Of a DNA stretch of 64,000 bases, positions 26,500 to 39,690 are shown piece by piece. The stretch is from assembly GCA_965649765.1 (NCBI GenBank), contig OZ287758.1, positions 16,554,001-16,618,000 on the forward strand, written 5' to 3'. Numbering within the stretch: position 1 is the first letter of the stretch; every line of letters starts with the position of its first letter. The translations under genes and the position numbers were made by a program. Under the pieces are notes generated by a model. That model saw nothing but the letters and a program-made list of their open reading frames with translations, had not been told where the DNA came from and made no database searches. Origin of the DNA: Bispira polyomma (taxonomy: Eukaryota).

Positions 26500-28250
26500 G
26501 TGTAACTTGCATAAGTGTAATTTGATGACCTTTATTTGATTTGACCTTTCAACTTTCCCCAGCCCAGCTAACAATAGATCAGATGAAGCATCTTTCTGTA
26601 TAGATGGATGCTGTATGTACTAAATGGGACAATATATTTTGATGATATAACCTACCCAGACAGAACTGATGTATTGTGCTCCCACTACTAACTAAGGTTT
26701 ACCATAAACAGTCCAATGTTAGGGTCTTTGTAATCCAATATACTTAGTCCTGACAATAACCAGATGATATTTCAGGCAAACAAAGGATTTTACACCATTA
26801 ATATAGCTTGCTGCTATTAAATGCAAGATCAAATAAGCCTGAGCTTCCTTCCAGCAGTCACTAAAGTCGGATTTATTGAAATCTGAGCTGAGCCGACATT
26901 AGCCGACGTAAGGCTTCCTTTCATCTGATATATACTATGTAAAATGGTGATATTTTCTAAAGTTTTGTTCAAAAATCGCAAAGACATTCCGATTTTTTCT
27001 CTTCCTGATCGATAAATTATGTTGGCGGATTTGAGGGAAATATGTTAAAAGGAAGCACTTCCTAATATTAAATAATGATCGATAAAATCGGCAGATGTCA
27101 ACCGAGAAAAAACATACCGAAAGGAAGCCCAGGCTAAAGCAAAGGGTTGGTATTATGTTATGTTTCTACTGCAGACGGTATATTTTGGGTGTATATCTTT
27201 AGACAGTGTATGCATACTCTTGTCTGAACCATCTAGCTGTATATCCATGCCCAAACTGCCCTGTCAAAATAAATACAAAAATCTTATTCTGATAAACATT
27301 TTAGTTCTTCGCCTGAAATGAATACTGTCATGTTATGTAATATTTTCCAAGACTGCCTTATTTTTAAAATGTAGGTAATAGTATGTGTTTTCTATTTTTA
27401 ATGATTTAGAGGCATTGTATTTCTGTGGATGGTGTCTGGGTGGATATTGCCAGATCAATTTTTCCAGTATGTCATTTCACCAGGTGTCTGCTGTAACTGC
27501 TAACTGTTTTATGTAACACTGTTTCTGCATCAATAGGTTCTTTATTATTTACATTAAGTTATAACATAAATAAAGAAGACTTCACATTTATTGGTGATTT
27601 ATTTTTAACGCCACAAAGTCTACATCCAAACAATCACCAGCTGAATACAGTTAGTCATATAAATGTATGTATATCACTGAATATCATGACAAAGTGTGCT
27701 TGAGCAATATCTGTGAAAAATACAGGTAACCTAACTAGTTTTACTGTAACCTGCATCACATATATCTAGGAAACGGTGCCAAATTAACATTTTAAACTAC
27801 TTCCATACATATATAGTTTTAGTTGGATTTGAGGGGTGGTGTGCATAAAGTAATATATATCTTATTGATAACTGATATGTACAAGTACAGCCCTGATCCT
27901 GATTGAAAAATTGTCCACTATAAGAGTCTGCACTCGTTCAAGTCATTAAAATCTCACAAAATAAACAACATATAACTGCTGGGATGTAATTTGAGTGATT
28001 GTACACAACAGACTTGAGTAGAATTGTTTTATTTCTGTCTACAATTTCTTCCTAATACTTAGTCACAAAGCAGGGAGACTATGACTGAGCGACAGGAAGC
28101 TTTCATTTGACAACTCAGAAAAAGAATTGTGCAACAATTACTTAGTGAGTCATGAAACACAGCCATTTGTGTTAAAAGGTACAATGAGAGCAAATCTGAT
28201 AAAAAATTTCAGCATTAATGTTCTGCCATTTGTAATTTTACATTTTAGAT
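26500..28250. repeat. Segmental repeat family A, copy A4 (more diverged)
   Basis: Blocks homologous to 14550-15000, 6460-6640, 20-340 and 540-710. Confidence 0.8.
26837..27134. mobile_element. PIF/Harbinger-type MITE
   Basis: TIRs GCCTGAGCTTCCTT / AAGGAAGCCCAGGC with a TAA target-site duplication on both sides. Empty site in A2 at ~14890 (AAATAAAGCAAAGGG). Confidence 0.85.
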
Positions 28251-31200
28251 TTTCCAAATTAACATTGTAACAAATAATTAATCCCATAATTTGGCATATC
28301 ACTATGCCAAATATTTTTCATTTATAGTCAATATCGATGAAGCAATTCCAAACAATTTAACAATGTTGGTAATGTAGTATACATTTTTGTGCGAATTATG
28401 TAAAAAGTGATACTCATTTCTATACTGTTAAATGATCTGTGTTGAAAGTATTTGACTTGAAAGCTGTTAAATGTCAATGACAAATGTTAATGCCTACATG
28501 TGATTTAACAATAAATAGAAACAAAAAAAACAAACTGTAAAATATCTTGGTGTTTACAATGGTGTAAAGATCTATTAACTTTTCTATCCCACAGAACATA
28601 TGTAGTGTTATAAGCAGCTTAAAACTAAAAAAAGTAACTTATTTTTCTGACAAATGCTTACAAAGCCAACTCCCAGTAAAGTTCACAAATACATGTTAGT
28701 TTCTGTGCTGCCTCAGGGATATGGCAGTCATATATTGCCAAAAAAGCACTTTGTCAATTCTCCATTTCTGATAATGTCTGTAAGATTTATAACCCTGGAA
28801 ATGTAAAACCCCAGGACACCCAGCAGAGCGCATATCTCAACCAAAGCACCCCACCCAGAAATGGGTGTATTGGCCAAAAAAGAGTGCATTAAACTGTGGA
28901 GTGGATTGCGAGTAAAATTGCAGATCCAGGAATGTTTTTAACATAATTTTTTATGGTAGAGGTAATATATAGATTATGTGTATGTTGTTGCATTCTATGA
29001 AATACTACTAAGCAGATATAGTTCTGTAAATAAAAACATATAAATGATTCTATATTTTAAAATCATCACAACCAAACAGAATTTATATTGTATTTTGCAT
29101 TTGCACCTCACTGATGCGAGGCACCAATCGAGGAACCAAGACAAAACATAGCTAGGTCATAAAGAAGGGTGTTGGGGTATACATGGAAGTAATTAAGGGG
29201 GTAAGGGGGGGGGGGGGGTTTACAGAGGCAACAAAAAATTACTTAAGGTAATTTTTTTAGGTAAAGTAGACATAACTACGGATTCTTAAGGTAAAAAAGA
29301 CATTACTACGGATTCTCAGACACATAGATAGCATTTGAATGTGTGGTAACTTATTATGTGAGAGAGATACTTTTACATCAAACAAAACGAAATGCAAAAG
29401 TCAAAGTGGTGACTTACAAAGGAAGTAACTGCAGTAATAGCAGTATCTAGTGACAAGTGATTTCTGATTCTTTTGATATCAGGAATGTCACAGCAATATG
29501 AGTGACATCTGTTGCTAATGGCATATCAAATGAGAAAGCAGAGTCAATGGTAACACCAAGGTTCTTATAAGAAGGTAGTATATCTTTTTCCAGTAGTGCA
29601 ATGGAGAATAATTATCTTAAGTACCCACTGTGTTTCTTGCTACTAATAAGGATGCGTATAGTTTTGTGGGAATTTACTTTTAATTTGATGTGATTTATTC
29701 AAGCCTGTACTAATTAGAGACAATTAGCAAGTAGACCAACATTTTAATTAGCATTGCGAGGGCTACGTGAAAGATCATTTTGAGTGTCATCCGCAAACGT
29801 TGTGGTGTTTAACATTGTGATTATTTATGAGTGTGCTGAGGGATGGCAGTTGTGGATGAGAAGTGATCATCCAATTTGATTTCTTTAGGTTCTGAGAACC
29901 AGATAGGATCTAATTTAATCATGGACAATGCCATTTAGTTGAAATCACTGTTTAAAGGTGTCAAATAGGAAACCATGGTCAATAGTATCAAAAGCTGCTC
30001 AAATCAGCTTAGAGACAAACTGAGGTTTGAGGACAGCTTAATTTGGTCAAGCCCTGAATTTTCAGTAATGGGGCAATATCAGCAGTTTTGAAACAAGAGG
30101 GCAAAATACCATCTGAAAGTGAAAAATTAATAATATTGGCAATATGAATGATAAGAATGTTATTAACATTCAGTCAGAATAGTAGCAAGGACAGGATACA
30201 CTTGGCAGGATTGGACAGAATAGGACAGAATAGTTTGGTTTTGTTTAAGAAAAAACTGGTTCAGATCTCTGTACCAAACCTTATATGCAGGTTTATCGTG
30301 GGAAAATAGCTGGAAATTTATTTTTAGGCCTAAAAAGATATCAGTGTTTTTCACATATTTGTTCTATTTACCTCACACACAAGTAAAGCTGTAGGATGAA
30401 AAATATACAACCGTCTTTAAATTACATCTCCACACTTGGTCATAAACCTCAGAGTAAAGGGGAAATAAACAGAGACATCTCAACTGTTATCATCCCTGGG
30501 GGAAATCACTAGCCAGACACTTTTAGTGCCTTATCAATCAAAAAATATGTATCCTCATTTTCTCTGCTTCTAACTTGCATATGTAAGTATGTCCTTTAAA
30601 TATTTTCCAAGGTTTTTTGAGAGGTTGACTTCCAGGCTGACTTAAACATGCTAACTTCTTTATTTCTGGCATATCTAGTTGTAAAAATACAATACAATTA
30701 AACCAATAAAGCACAGTTGAACTTTCTATCTTTTGAGGATTTTAATAACCTAATATTTAATGTACATTAAGTCTTCAGTACCATTAAGTTACCATGCGTG
30801 AGTTAGTTACATATCATTTTCTATTTTCACTAAATAATGAACACTATATATATTTTCTTGAAAGGCCTTGAGTCGTGACACAAACATCTAATCCAGAGAG
30901 ACCAAAAACATTCAGTTAAATTAAATAGTAGGTCTGTTAGTTATTTAGTTGCCTTACATATATGTTGTACAAAATTGATGTAATGTTCTAAGGAGGAAAT
31001 AAGTGATTTTTAAAAATATGTTTTTTGGCTGATCCGTAGATGTAACCAGGTCATAGGAAGAATTAATGAACGCCTTCATATCACTATCAAGTTTCCATTG
31101 ATGGCGATTTCCAATTTATTTTTTCCAATTGACACAAACATTTATTTAAAACCTTTAAGATATTGGATCACCATTATTTGATCATTTGGTTAAGTCCACA

Positions 31201-32750
31201 TGGATTTGGACATAGTGAAGAATATATAATTTCTTTTTAGATTATTTTGGAATAAGAAAACTTTAACTTATAGCACTATATTGCTTATTGCAAGTCTTTT
31301 TATTATTTATTTTCTCTCTCTATTTTTCTATCTGTATATTAAAATGTTCCCTCAAGTGCTTATTGGTAAACCTCTTTAATTGTACCTTCCTTTTTATTGT
31401 AAATTACTTTATACAATATGTTTATACTTTGAGTATGAAAAATAACAATAAACATTTAATCATGAAGAAAGAATATGCATAATTGAGGAAAGTTTATTTA
31501 TATTGTTTCTAACTATTGTTTAGAATCAACGCATTTATTACAGTCTAAGTAGTCAAATCTGGAAACTGTAAAAAAACTGTAAAAATGCTCTTTCATCACG
31601 ATATTTTATGTATTGAAGGGGATAGTAGTATAAACACAAACAAACCAATGGACACAGGTGAAAACAGAACCTCCTTGGCAGAGGTAATAATATATTAAAA
31701 AAATACATCTTAAAGGAGCAGATTGTTGTCATTAAATTAACCAACTTCGTTATCACATGCCCCTTATCCTTCTAAGCAATCATAGCAGCTCTCTGTAAAA
31801 CATAGATTTAAAGGAAATGAAAATAAATAACAGTTAGGCCCTCATGTTAAAGTGGCTTATTGCATCAGTTTCAGGTGTTTACACACATATTCAAACTAAT
31901 CCAACAAGGAGGTAACATTGAGATATTTTTCCATTTTTTGTCCAATACATGACTTAATTTGTCATGTGCTCTTTCTTCATGTCAGGGTCCTTGATGGTCC
32001 TTGATGGTTTAAAGCTCACACACTCGTCTCCACCTCTGCACTCTTGGATTTCATTCTCGACCCCGGCATGCATGTGGCATATTTAGCAGTGGGTTGAAAT
32101 ACAAATCAACCAACTTGTACTGTAAAGCGAGAAATATTTTATAAACACTAATTACTACTAAATAAATAAATGAAAGAATGAAATAATGAATGAATAAGTG
32201 AGTGAATATGAAAAACAGAAAGTGTACTGAATCTAAGACAAAGATTTGAGTGAGTCTTAGGTCAAACGTGGGTCCTGGGAATACTAGAAGACTGTATGGA
32301 TTTTATAGCACAACCTGCCTCGTACTCCTGACTTAGTAGTCTGACCTATTAACACCAGCTGACATAAAGCTTCATCAAACTCAGTCGGTGTCGGCCTCCG
32401 TACAAGACCTTACAGACCGTTGACTACAGTACATCACACCACTTAATACTCCATATAAAGTAAAAATTTATCTCAGGATAGCACAAGGGCACAATAAAAC
32501 AAAGAAATTTTTTCTCTAAGTTAAATTGTGTGGTGTAGTTTAGTGTCATGTAGGAGGCTAATGAATGTCAATATATATATAAAATTGGGGGATATATCCA
32601 AGAATGTGCAACATATTAGGCCAGTATTTTGAAAATTAGGATATACTGTTTTATGAATTGCCTGTTGTATTTTTATAAATATATTTTGTTAATATTATAT
32701 ATCATATATCTATATATATGCCATAATGTATTTGATAGCTGTCTAAACTT
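28251..32750. repeat. Segmental repeat family B, copy B1
   Basis: Unit marker CCATAATTYGGCATATYACTATG at ~28284, 32783 and 42765. 28530-29120 is similar to 36680-37180 and 44235-44735; 30280-31270 is similar to 40970-41940. Confidence 0.9.
29330..30150 (-). mobile_element. L2/CR1 LINE RT fragment
   Basis: Minus-strand remnants AAFDTIDHGFL, FADDTQ, KNLGVTIDSAFS. Confidence 0.8.
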
Positions 32751-33217
32751 TTGATTTTAAGAGTGTAAAAACAAAAATAATACCATAATTCGGCATATTA
32801 CTATGGCAAATATTTTTCCATTAAGAGTAAATATCGATAAAACAATCCATAAAAATTAAGCAATATGAGTAGTATGTATACATTTTTACACACATGGGAT
32901 AGCACATATTTTTTGTGCCAATTTCACCCTTATTTAACCTCATTACCTCTATCATGGGTAGCAAACCATGCCAATCTCTAATGGTTGGCGCCACAAAACA
33001 CTTTATTGTACAATAAGCACACTAATGACAACCAATTGGCGATGTATTAGGCTCATAATGAATGGTACATTAATAAGCCACAATGCTAATAAAATCCTTG
33101 CTCAAGATGTAAATACACCATAGTGTGGTGATGATGACGAAGTGGCGATGTATATTGGGCTCATGGTTAATGGTTTGTTGATTCTGATAGTGCACGTGTT
33201 GCCTGACATCAATGAGG

Positions 33218-36200
33218 GAGGGGGAAGACTGATGAAAATGTTCTTAAGATAACAGTAAAAGATCTGTCAATATCAAAATGTAACAATGAGATTGAACAGT
33301 ATTTAATCTCAAATGGAATAAAAGTACGTACTAAAATACAGTATGCCAAAGCAAGAGATGAAAATAACCAGTTAACTGACTGGTTAAATGGAGACAGAAT
33401 AGTCTTTACTGAGAAGTTTACCAATCCCCTACCAATTAAACATGGATTAACAACAGTAGTGTCAGGATCTTCCACTGTGACCAGCCCACAAGCAGACCAA
33501 GATGCTCTAAATGTAATCAAGAAGGCCATTACAGAAGGCAGTGTACTGGAGAAGAATGCTGCATTGTCTGCAAAGGCAGCTCTTATTATGCTGGGGATCC
33601 AGTTTTTCCAGAATTAGCCATTTAAGTGCACAAACAGGCTACTGCATTTGCTGGAAAGTCGGGTCATTGAAAAACTTCTACCTGAAATCAGAGTCTTTGG
33701 TGTGAAACACAGGTCAGCAGAACACGCTTACCAGTACTCCAAAGCCATACAGGAAGGAAAAGACACTATAGCCAAAAGAATATTAGAGGCTGATACAGCA
33801 TACCATGCATAGACAGAAGCTAGCTACTTGCCCTACAACCACAATTGGGGTGACCACAAGGAAAAGGTGATGCAGACTGTTTGCAGTCTAAAGCTACGTA
33901 CTGTCCTGAATTCAGAGAGGCCCTTATCAACTCAGAGAATGTTATTGCTGAAGCTGTGCTGGCAGGACTGTTCTGGTCCACTGGTTTGAGGTCACATTGC
34001 CTTAAAAAAGCATCATGGCTTGGGAAAAATCAAATGGGAAAACTGCTATCTATACTGAGAGAGGGGAACCAAGACTCACAAAAGAAGAAAGCCGGTACAA
34101 GATCAGCTACTCAGAGCTCTTAAAAACAAGACCAGGATCACATTGACAATAGTAAATCAGACTATGCTTATGAAGACTAATTATTCTAGACCGAGATTTA
34201 AAATTGTGCAAAGGATACACTATAAATGAATATTTAAAGTTTATTGTCCTATACAAACTATCCTTGTTGCTAAAATTTTGGAATCAAACCACAAACCACA
34301 AAGGTAAGACAGTTAAAATTTATCTTATGTGCATGACTTATCGAATTATGCTTAAAAGTCGTATTAACATTAAAAAACATTTTTACTTCATTATGACTTA
34401 ATTAAAAGTTTTCACTTATAACTTCCGGGGTCTCAATGATCACAGAAAAAGTGGCAAAAGTTATTTGTATGGTTAGAGAGTCAAAATTGTGATATTGTAC
34501 TGTTACAAGACTAGTGATATCATTGATGCAAAGTCAGAATCAAGCCACAGTAAAGGATTTTGAGGGTAATATTTTAAAATCATACGAAAGTGGTGATGGT
34601 AGAATGTTAATTGTTACTTTAGAATTAAATAAATAAATAAAATTAAATAATGAATTAAATTAAATAACGAATTATTGGAAATTATCTTGGTATATGCTCC
34701 AAACACAGAAACAAAAAAAAATTGCCTTTTATGAAAACCTTTCCAAATTTTGTGTGAAGCATTGTGATAATTTAAATAATATAATAATTGCAGCGACTGA
34801 TAAAAATCCAAAAACAAATAAAATAGACCAAAGTGTTGATGCTTTCTGGAGGTTCTTGTCAAACTGAAAATTACTAGATGTGTGGCATAGAAAGTTTAAT
34901 AATGACCCAGGTTATACTTATTATGACAAAAAGAACCAATCATACAGCAGGGTAGATTATGTTTTAATTTCTGAAAAACACATACTATGAATTGCATGAC
35001 ATATCAATATGTCAACCTATTAAAACCAAGGAGTAATAGATCCTAATGTATTAAAAGCGTCTTCTAATATAAATGTAAATAAAAGAGGATTAGGATACTG
35101 GAAAATGGACAATAGTGTCTTATCAGATGAACACTATAGAATGGGGTGCATAGAGTTGTCGAAAATACTTGTCGTATTGAATATGAAAAACTAAGATCGC
35201 ATCAGTTGATATGGGAAATTTTGAAAGTTGTTGTATTATGGTCTAGAGGAAAGTGGATAACAGAAGGGGAAACCTCAGTTTAGAAATGCAAAGGCAGCAA
35301 AGTAACAACATTCGGTGTATTAGTACTGAAAACGATTGTGTAAAACAAAACATTGAGGAATTAGTGAAATATTGCAAAAACCCCTAAAAACAAGCAGATA
35401 TATCTGATAAAAACATCAGAGACTATTTGCAGAATATTTCATTTTGTAAATCTTTAGATGAGAAAGATAGGCAAATCTGCGGCAAAAGAAAATCAAAACA
35501 AGAATTAAAAGAAGTAGTTCAAAACTTAAAAAAGAATAAGACACCAGGCTTAGACGACCTCTTAAATGAATTCTACCAAACATTTGGGGAACAGCTTGAG
35601 GATTTATACTTAAATATGTTGCAAGAATTTTTCGAAATAGGTATATTGCCAATTAGTTTACGTAAAGCTGTTATTACAATAATATTCAAACATGGTGAGA
35701 AATCAGTGCTTAAAAATTATAGCCTTACAAACTGTGATTATAAAATTCTTACCTTTGCTCTTGCTAAAAGATTGCAAAAAGTATTTTCAAAATTAATTTC
35801 AGATAACCAAAGTGGCTATATAAAATCTAGATATATTGGTGTTAATACACGATTGGTAATGGATATCATCGAGAATTGTGAAAAAATGATACTGCAGGAG
35901 CCATATTATGCTTAGATTATAAAAAGGCATTTGATTCTCTAACGTTGAACTTTATGCTTGCATCACTTAATAAATATGGCTTTGGATCTAAGTTCATTAA
36001 ATGCGTAAAAATACTTTATAACTCTCCAACTTTTTGTGTAAAAATAATGGATGGATCTCCAGGGAAGGAATAATGAAGAGGTATAAGACAAGGATGCGCT
36101 GTGTAAGTGCTCCTATTTATTTTAGCAACTGAATTTATGTCTGTTGATATGAAGTCAAACAAAGAAATACCAGGGATAAAAATAAATAGTAGTTAGTGTG

Positions 36201-36517
36201 AAATTTTACAATATGCTAATGATACTCCTCTAACATTAGAAAACACAATGTCAATAACTAATTCTTTAAAAGTACTTCCGAAATTTTTATCAGTCTCAGG
36301 ATTAAAATTGAATTGATAAATGTCAAGGTATATGGCTTGGAGAATTTAAAACAAACCCCAAAGTTTCGAAGGTATTCAGTTTGGTACAAGCCCAATTAAA
36401 TGTATGGGAATATACTTTGGAACAGATTTCAAAGAATGTGAAAATCAAAATTGGAGCAAGAAAATAACATCTATCGAACAAATGCTTTTGAAATGGAGCA
36501 GTTGAACACTAACAATA
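33218..36517 (+). mobile_element. L1/Tx1-clade LINE, truncated at both ends and decayed (ORF1 with NADAR-like domain; ORF2 APE + RT)
   Basis: ORF1 KITVKDL...WLNGDRIVF. APE motifs TYNFRGLND, DIVLLQ, SRVDYVLIS, GYWKMDNSVL. RT motifs KNKTPGLD.L.NEFY, SLTNCDYKIL, NQSGYIKSR, LDYKKAFD, QYANDT, SGLKLN. Absent from B3 (43985/44073). Confidence 0.92.
33665..34075 (+). pseudogene. NADAR (YbiA/DUF1768-like) domain remnant in the LINE ORF1 region
   Basis: LKNFY..IRVFGVKHRSAEHAYQYSKA...IAKRILEA...KEKVM...K...CPEFREAL...IAEA....FWSTGL....WLGKNQMGKLLSILRE matches the NADAR consensus LSNF / SxEHxYQxxKA / WGxG / GxNxLGxxLxxxR. Confidence 0.82.
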
Positions 36518-38199
36518 TTCCACTAATTTTCATGACATGTATATTTTTAGAGAATGTGCTAATTTTGTAAAAAATTATATTCTCTTCCTTTAGTGTTAAA
36601 TACTCTTAAAAGCTGACAAGTGTTAGTGACAAATGTTAAGTTAAAACCTACATGTGATTCAACTAAAAAAATTTAAAATACTGTAAAAATATCTTTGTGT
36701 TTACATCAGTGTAAAGATTCACTAACTTTTCTATCCCACAGAACATGTGTATAAGGTGCTTGAAACAAAAAAGTAACCCTTTTTGTGAAAAATGCTTACA
36801 AAGCCAACTCCCAGTAAATACATCCTATCTCAGTTTTTGTGCTGTCTCAGGGACAGTTTTATGTTGCTAAAAAACACTTTGTCAATTCTCCATTTCTGAT
36901 AACGTCAGTGAGATTTATAACCCTGGGAATGTATAATCACAGAACACTCAGCAGAGTACATATCTCCACCAAAGCACCATGATGTCCCCTACCTAAAAAT
37001 AGGCATATGGGCCAAAAAAGAGTGCATTAAACTGTGGAGTGAATGTGAGTGAAATTGCAGATCCAGGAATGTTTTTTAACATAATTTCCTTAGCAGAGGT
37101 AATATATAGATTGTGTGTAATGTTGATTCTATATTTTATTTTTGTATTGTAATTTTAGGGCACCTCATTGATGCCAGGTATTTTCTAAAACACAAGACTG
37201 TGCCAACAACTGAGATTGAAAATAAATAGTATTTAAAAAAAGTTAAACATGTTACAAAAAGCTGTATCAAAAATAATTAACATATACCAATATATATATT
37301 TTCAATACTGTGCCTTTGATTGCAATTATGAAATGAATTTAAACATTTGATGTATGTTTTAACCTTGTTTATTTTTGCAACTGTTAAATATATTTGCAGA
37401 AATTTTACAACTGAAAAATTATGTTATTGCCTATTAATATTTATTATATTACCAATGAAATGTGTACATCTGTTAAACAAAATAACTGAGGAGGGTCAAG
37501 AGAAAACTGTTGTTCTGTTTTCTACTGACATGGTGTCTTACTACAGTAATAACACAGACCATTCATTCATGCAGTAATATTTTAGTTAACAGTAAAAGAC
37601 AGCTCCTACTTTCATGTTGGCCTTGCGTTTATCTCCGCTTACCCAGCACATATCGGCCATAGTGAAAATATGCATTCATCGGCATTCAAATCTGGTTTCT
37701 AGTCACAGTCAGTCAGATTATATTACGTATGGAGGAAATTAAAGCGATGCCTTTGCTTTGACATGCATATTGCGTAAGTTCAAGTTTTTTTCTAAATTTT
37801 CGCAATGGCCGTGGAGATCTACACTTACTTAGGATTTCACTGATGGAAATCACTGTGGGTTCAAATTCTTAGAACGCTTATGCTGAGGGATGTTTCTGTG
37901 ATTGGTTAATCGCCATACAAGCACGAGCATCCTTTTTATAAGTCGAAGTGGGTGACAGGCAACAATCTCTCATGGAATCCCTAGTCGCGACGTCCCAACA
38001 TACACATCTACATATTGCAAAACACAGGAGGGGTCACATTATTAAATTATTTATTCTAAATGAAGTGTTTATAAGTTTAAATTGTCCTAGTTTATTCCCA
38101 GAATTCCAAAAAGTATATGTCAAGGGACCAACTTGAACATGAACACTCATCAAATGAGAAGAAAGAGGATAGTTCTAAATTTTAATGGAAGTACCTAAA

Positions 38200-38420
38200 T
38201 GATATTGTCTCCCAGTTAAGTGAAGATCACTGGGAACACTATCTGGTTCTAGAGAAAAGCTTAAAATCCATCTCTTCAAGACTCGCCTACCCCCTATAGT
38301 TCCTTGCCTGTACACCCCTGTATCCTTTCTTACGACCTTGGCTATGTTTTTTTACTTGTCTGTTACTACACTTTAGGAGATGCCTAACATCAATTAGGCA
38401 TATTAAAAATCAAAGATACA
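38200..38420 (+). mobile_element. Old L2-like 3' end embedded in the B unit (paralog ~45500-45690)
   Basis: LPVxxRSxxTLSG.REKLKxHLF..AYPP remnant followed by a 3'UTR. Confidence 0.55.
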
Positions 38421-39399
38421 TTAATTCAATAATAGGGCCTTGCATAATTGGATAAAATGTTATGCAGGAAAAATAATCTGAACACATTAACATCTTGTAC
38501 TAAAGAATATGTGACTATACTGCTCTTAGATTGTTAGCCACTAAATATAAAAATTAGGTAAAAATTCCTAGATCTGCACATTGCACCAAATCTGGTCTTT
38601 CATGTAATTGCTTGAGTAGTTTTTGTGTAATCCTGGTGACAAACAAACAAACCAATCAACCAATGGACACTGGTTCAAATGACTATGTTATGGTGAGTTT
38701 CCTTCAGACAGTTAGTGCTATTTAATGATTTTTATTAGAAAAATAGTTACAGAAGGGTTATTTTAAAGTTTTTTTTAATTGTTTTTCAAATTGCACTTTA
38801 AAAGGGTGAGAAGCATAAAAAAAAAAAAAATTAGTGAACTATTTGACAATAAAATTAATTGAAGGATGAATAATGTAAATTGATCACAGACCCGTGCTGT
38901 GAACATATATAGGCAGTCTCATTAAAGGGTCTCAATCAACCTGAAGCTCAGATATAATGTCCAATCATCTCTGGCTAGAGTGCAGTTAAATCAAATTTGA
39001 TTGCATATTTGAATTTAGCACTAGAGGCTCTTTTAAAATGAATGGTTACAAGTACAGGTTATTTCCATATACATGAATTATACTTAGCATTCACTGACGT
39101 TGAGTCGGAGTTTTTTTTGCCGCAAAGACAATCGCAGATCTCTGTGCAGTTTTTATGACTTCTGGTATAATAATACACTAGAATCTACACAGAGAAACTC
39201 TCACAACACATTTTTGTTGTTGAATTATGACCCAGCCGTGGTTTTGACAGTCACAAACAATAGACAGTAGTTTTTGTCATTCCATTTAGTTTTATGGGTT
39301 CTGTCTGTACGTGTTTATAACATTTGGCCCATATAGAGATGTAAATGTATCGATCAATGGGAAATCTGTATTGTGTATGTGAAACACTGTACTGTTGCT

Positions 39400-39690
39400 G
39401 CCGTTTCCTCTGTAAAACCTAGCAAGAGGGCTGGATCTAAAGTTTTCTCACTTGCTGCATCTATTTTATGGAATAGTCTCCATGTTAGATCAGTGGAAAC
39501 ACTTTCTAGGGTTTAGGTAAAAACTTAAAACATATTTCTGCAAACTTGCTTATCCTTTTTAATTTCCTCCCTGTACACCCCACATCCTTCATTATGACAT
39601 TGGCTATATGTTTTGAACTTCTTGTTTGGTTAATTGATACTGGTGTTATACTTTAGAAGATGCATCACATCAATAAGGCATGTTCAAAAT
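39400..39690 (+). mobile_element. Old L2-like 3' end embedded in the B unit (inverted paralog ~51670-51920)
   Basis: KRAGSKVFSLAASILWNSL....KLKTYF remnant followed by a 3'UTR. Confidence 0.6.

Noticed and set aside
30510-30535. miR-124-like seed (TAAGGCAC) on the minus strand
   Set aside because: It lies in a 17-nt mini-hairpin rather than a pre-miRNA arm, and is changed in the 51030 copy.
560-30630. TGA read as Trp/Sec (alternative code, NUMT or mollicute origin), because TGA is shared between copies in some frames
   Set aside because: TAA and TAG are shared just as often, one copy has CGA (CpG decay), frameshifts abound, and no mitochondrial or bacterial genes are recognisable.
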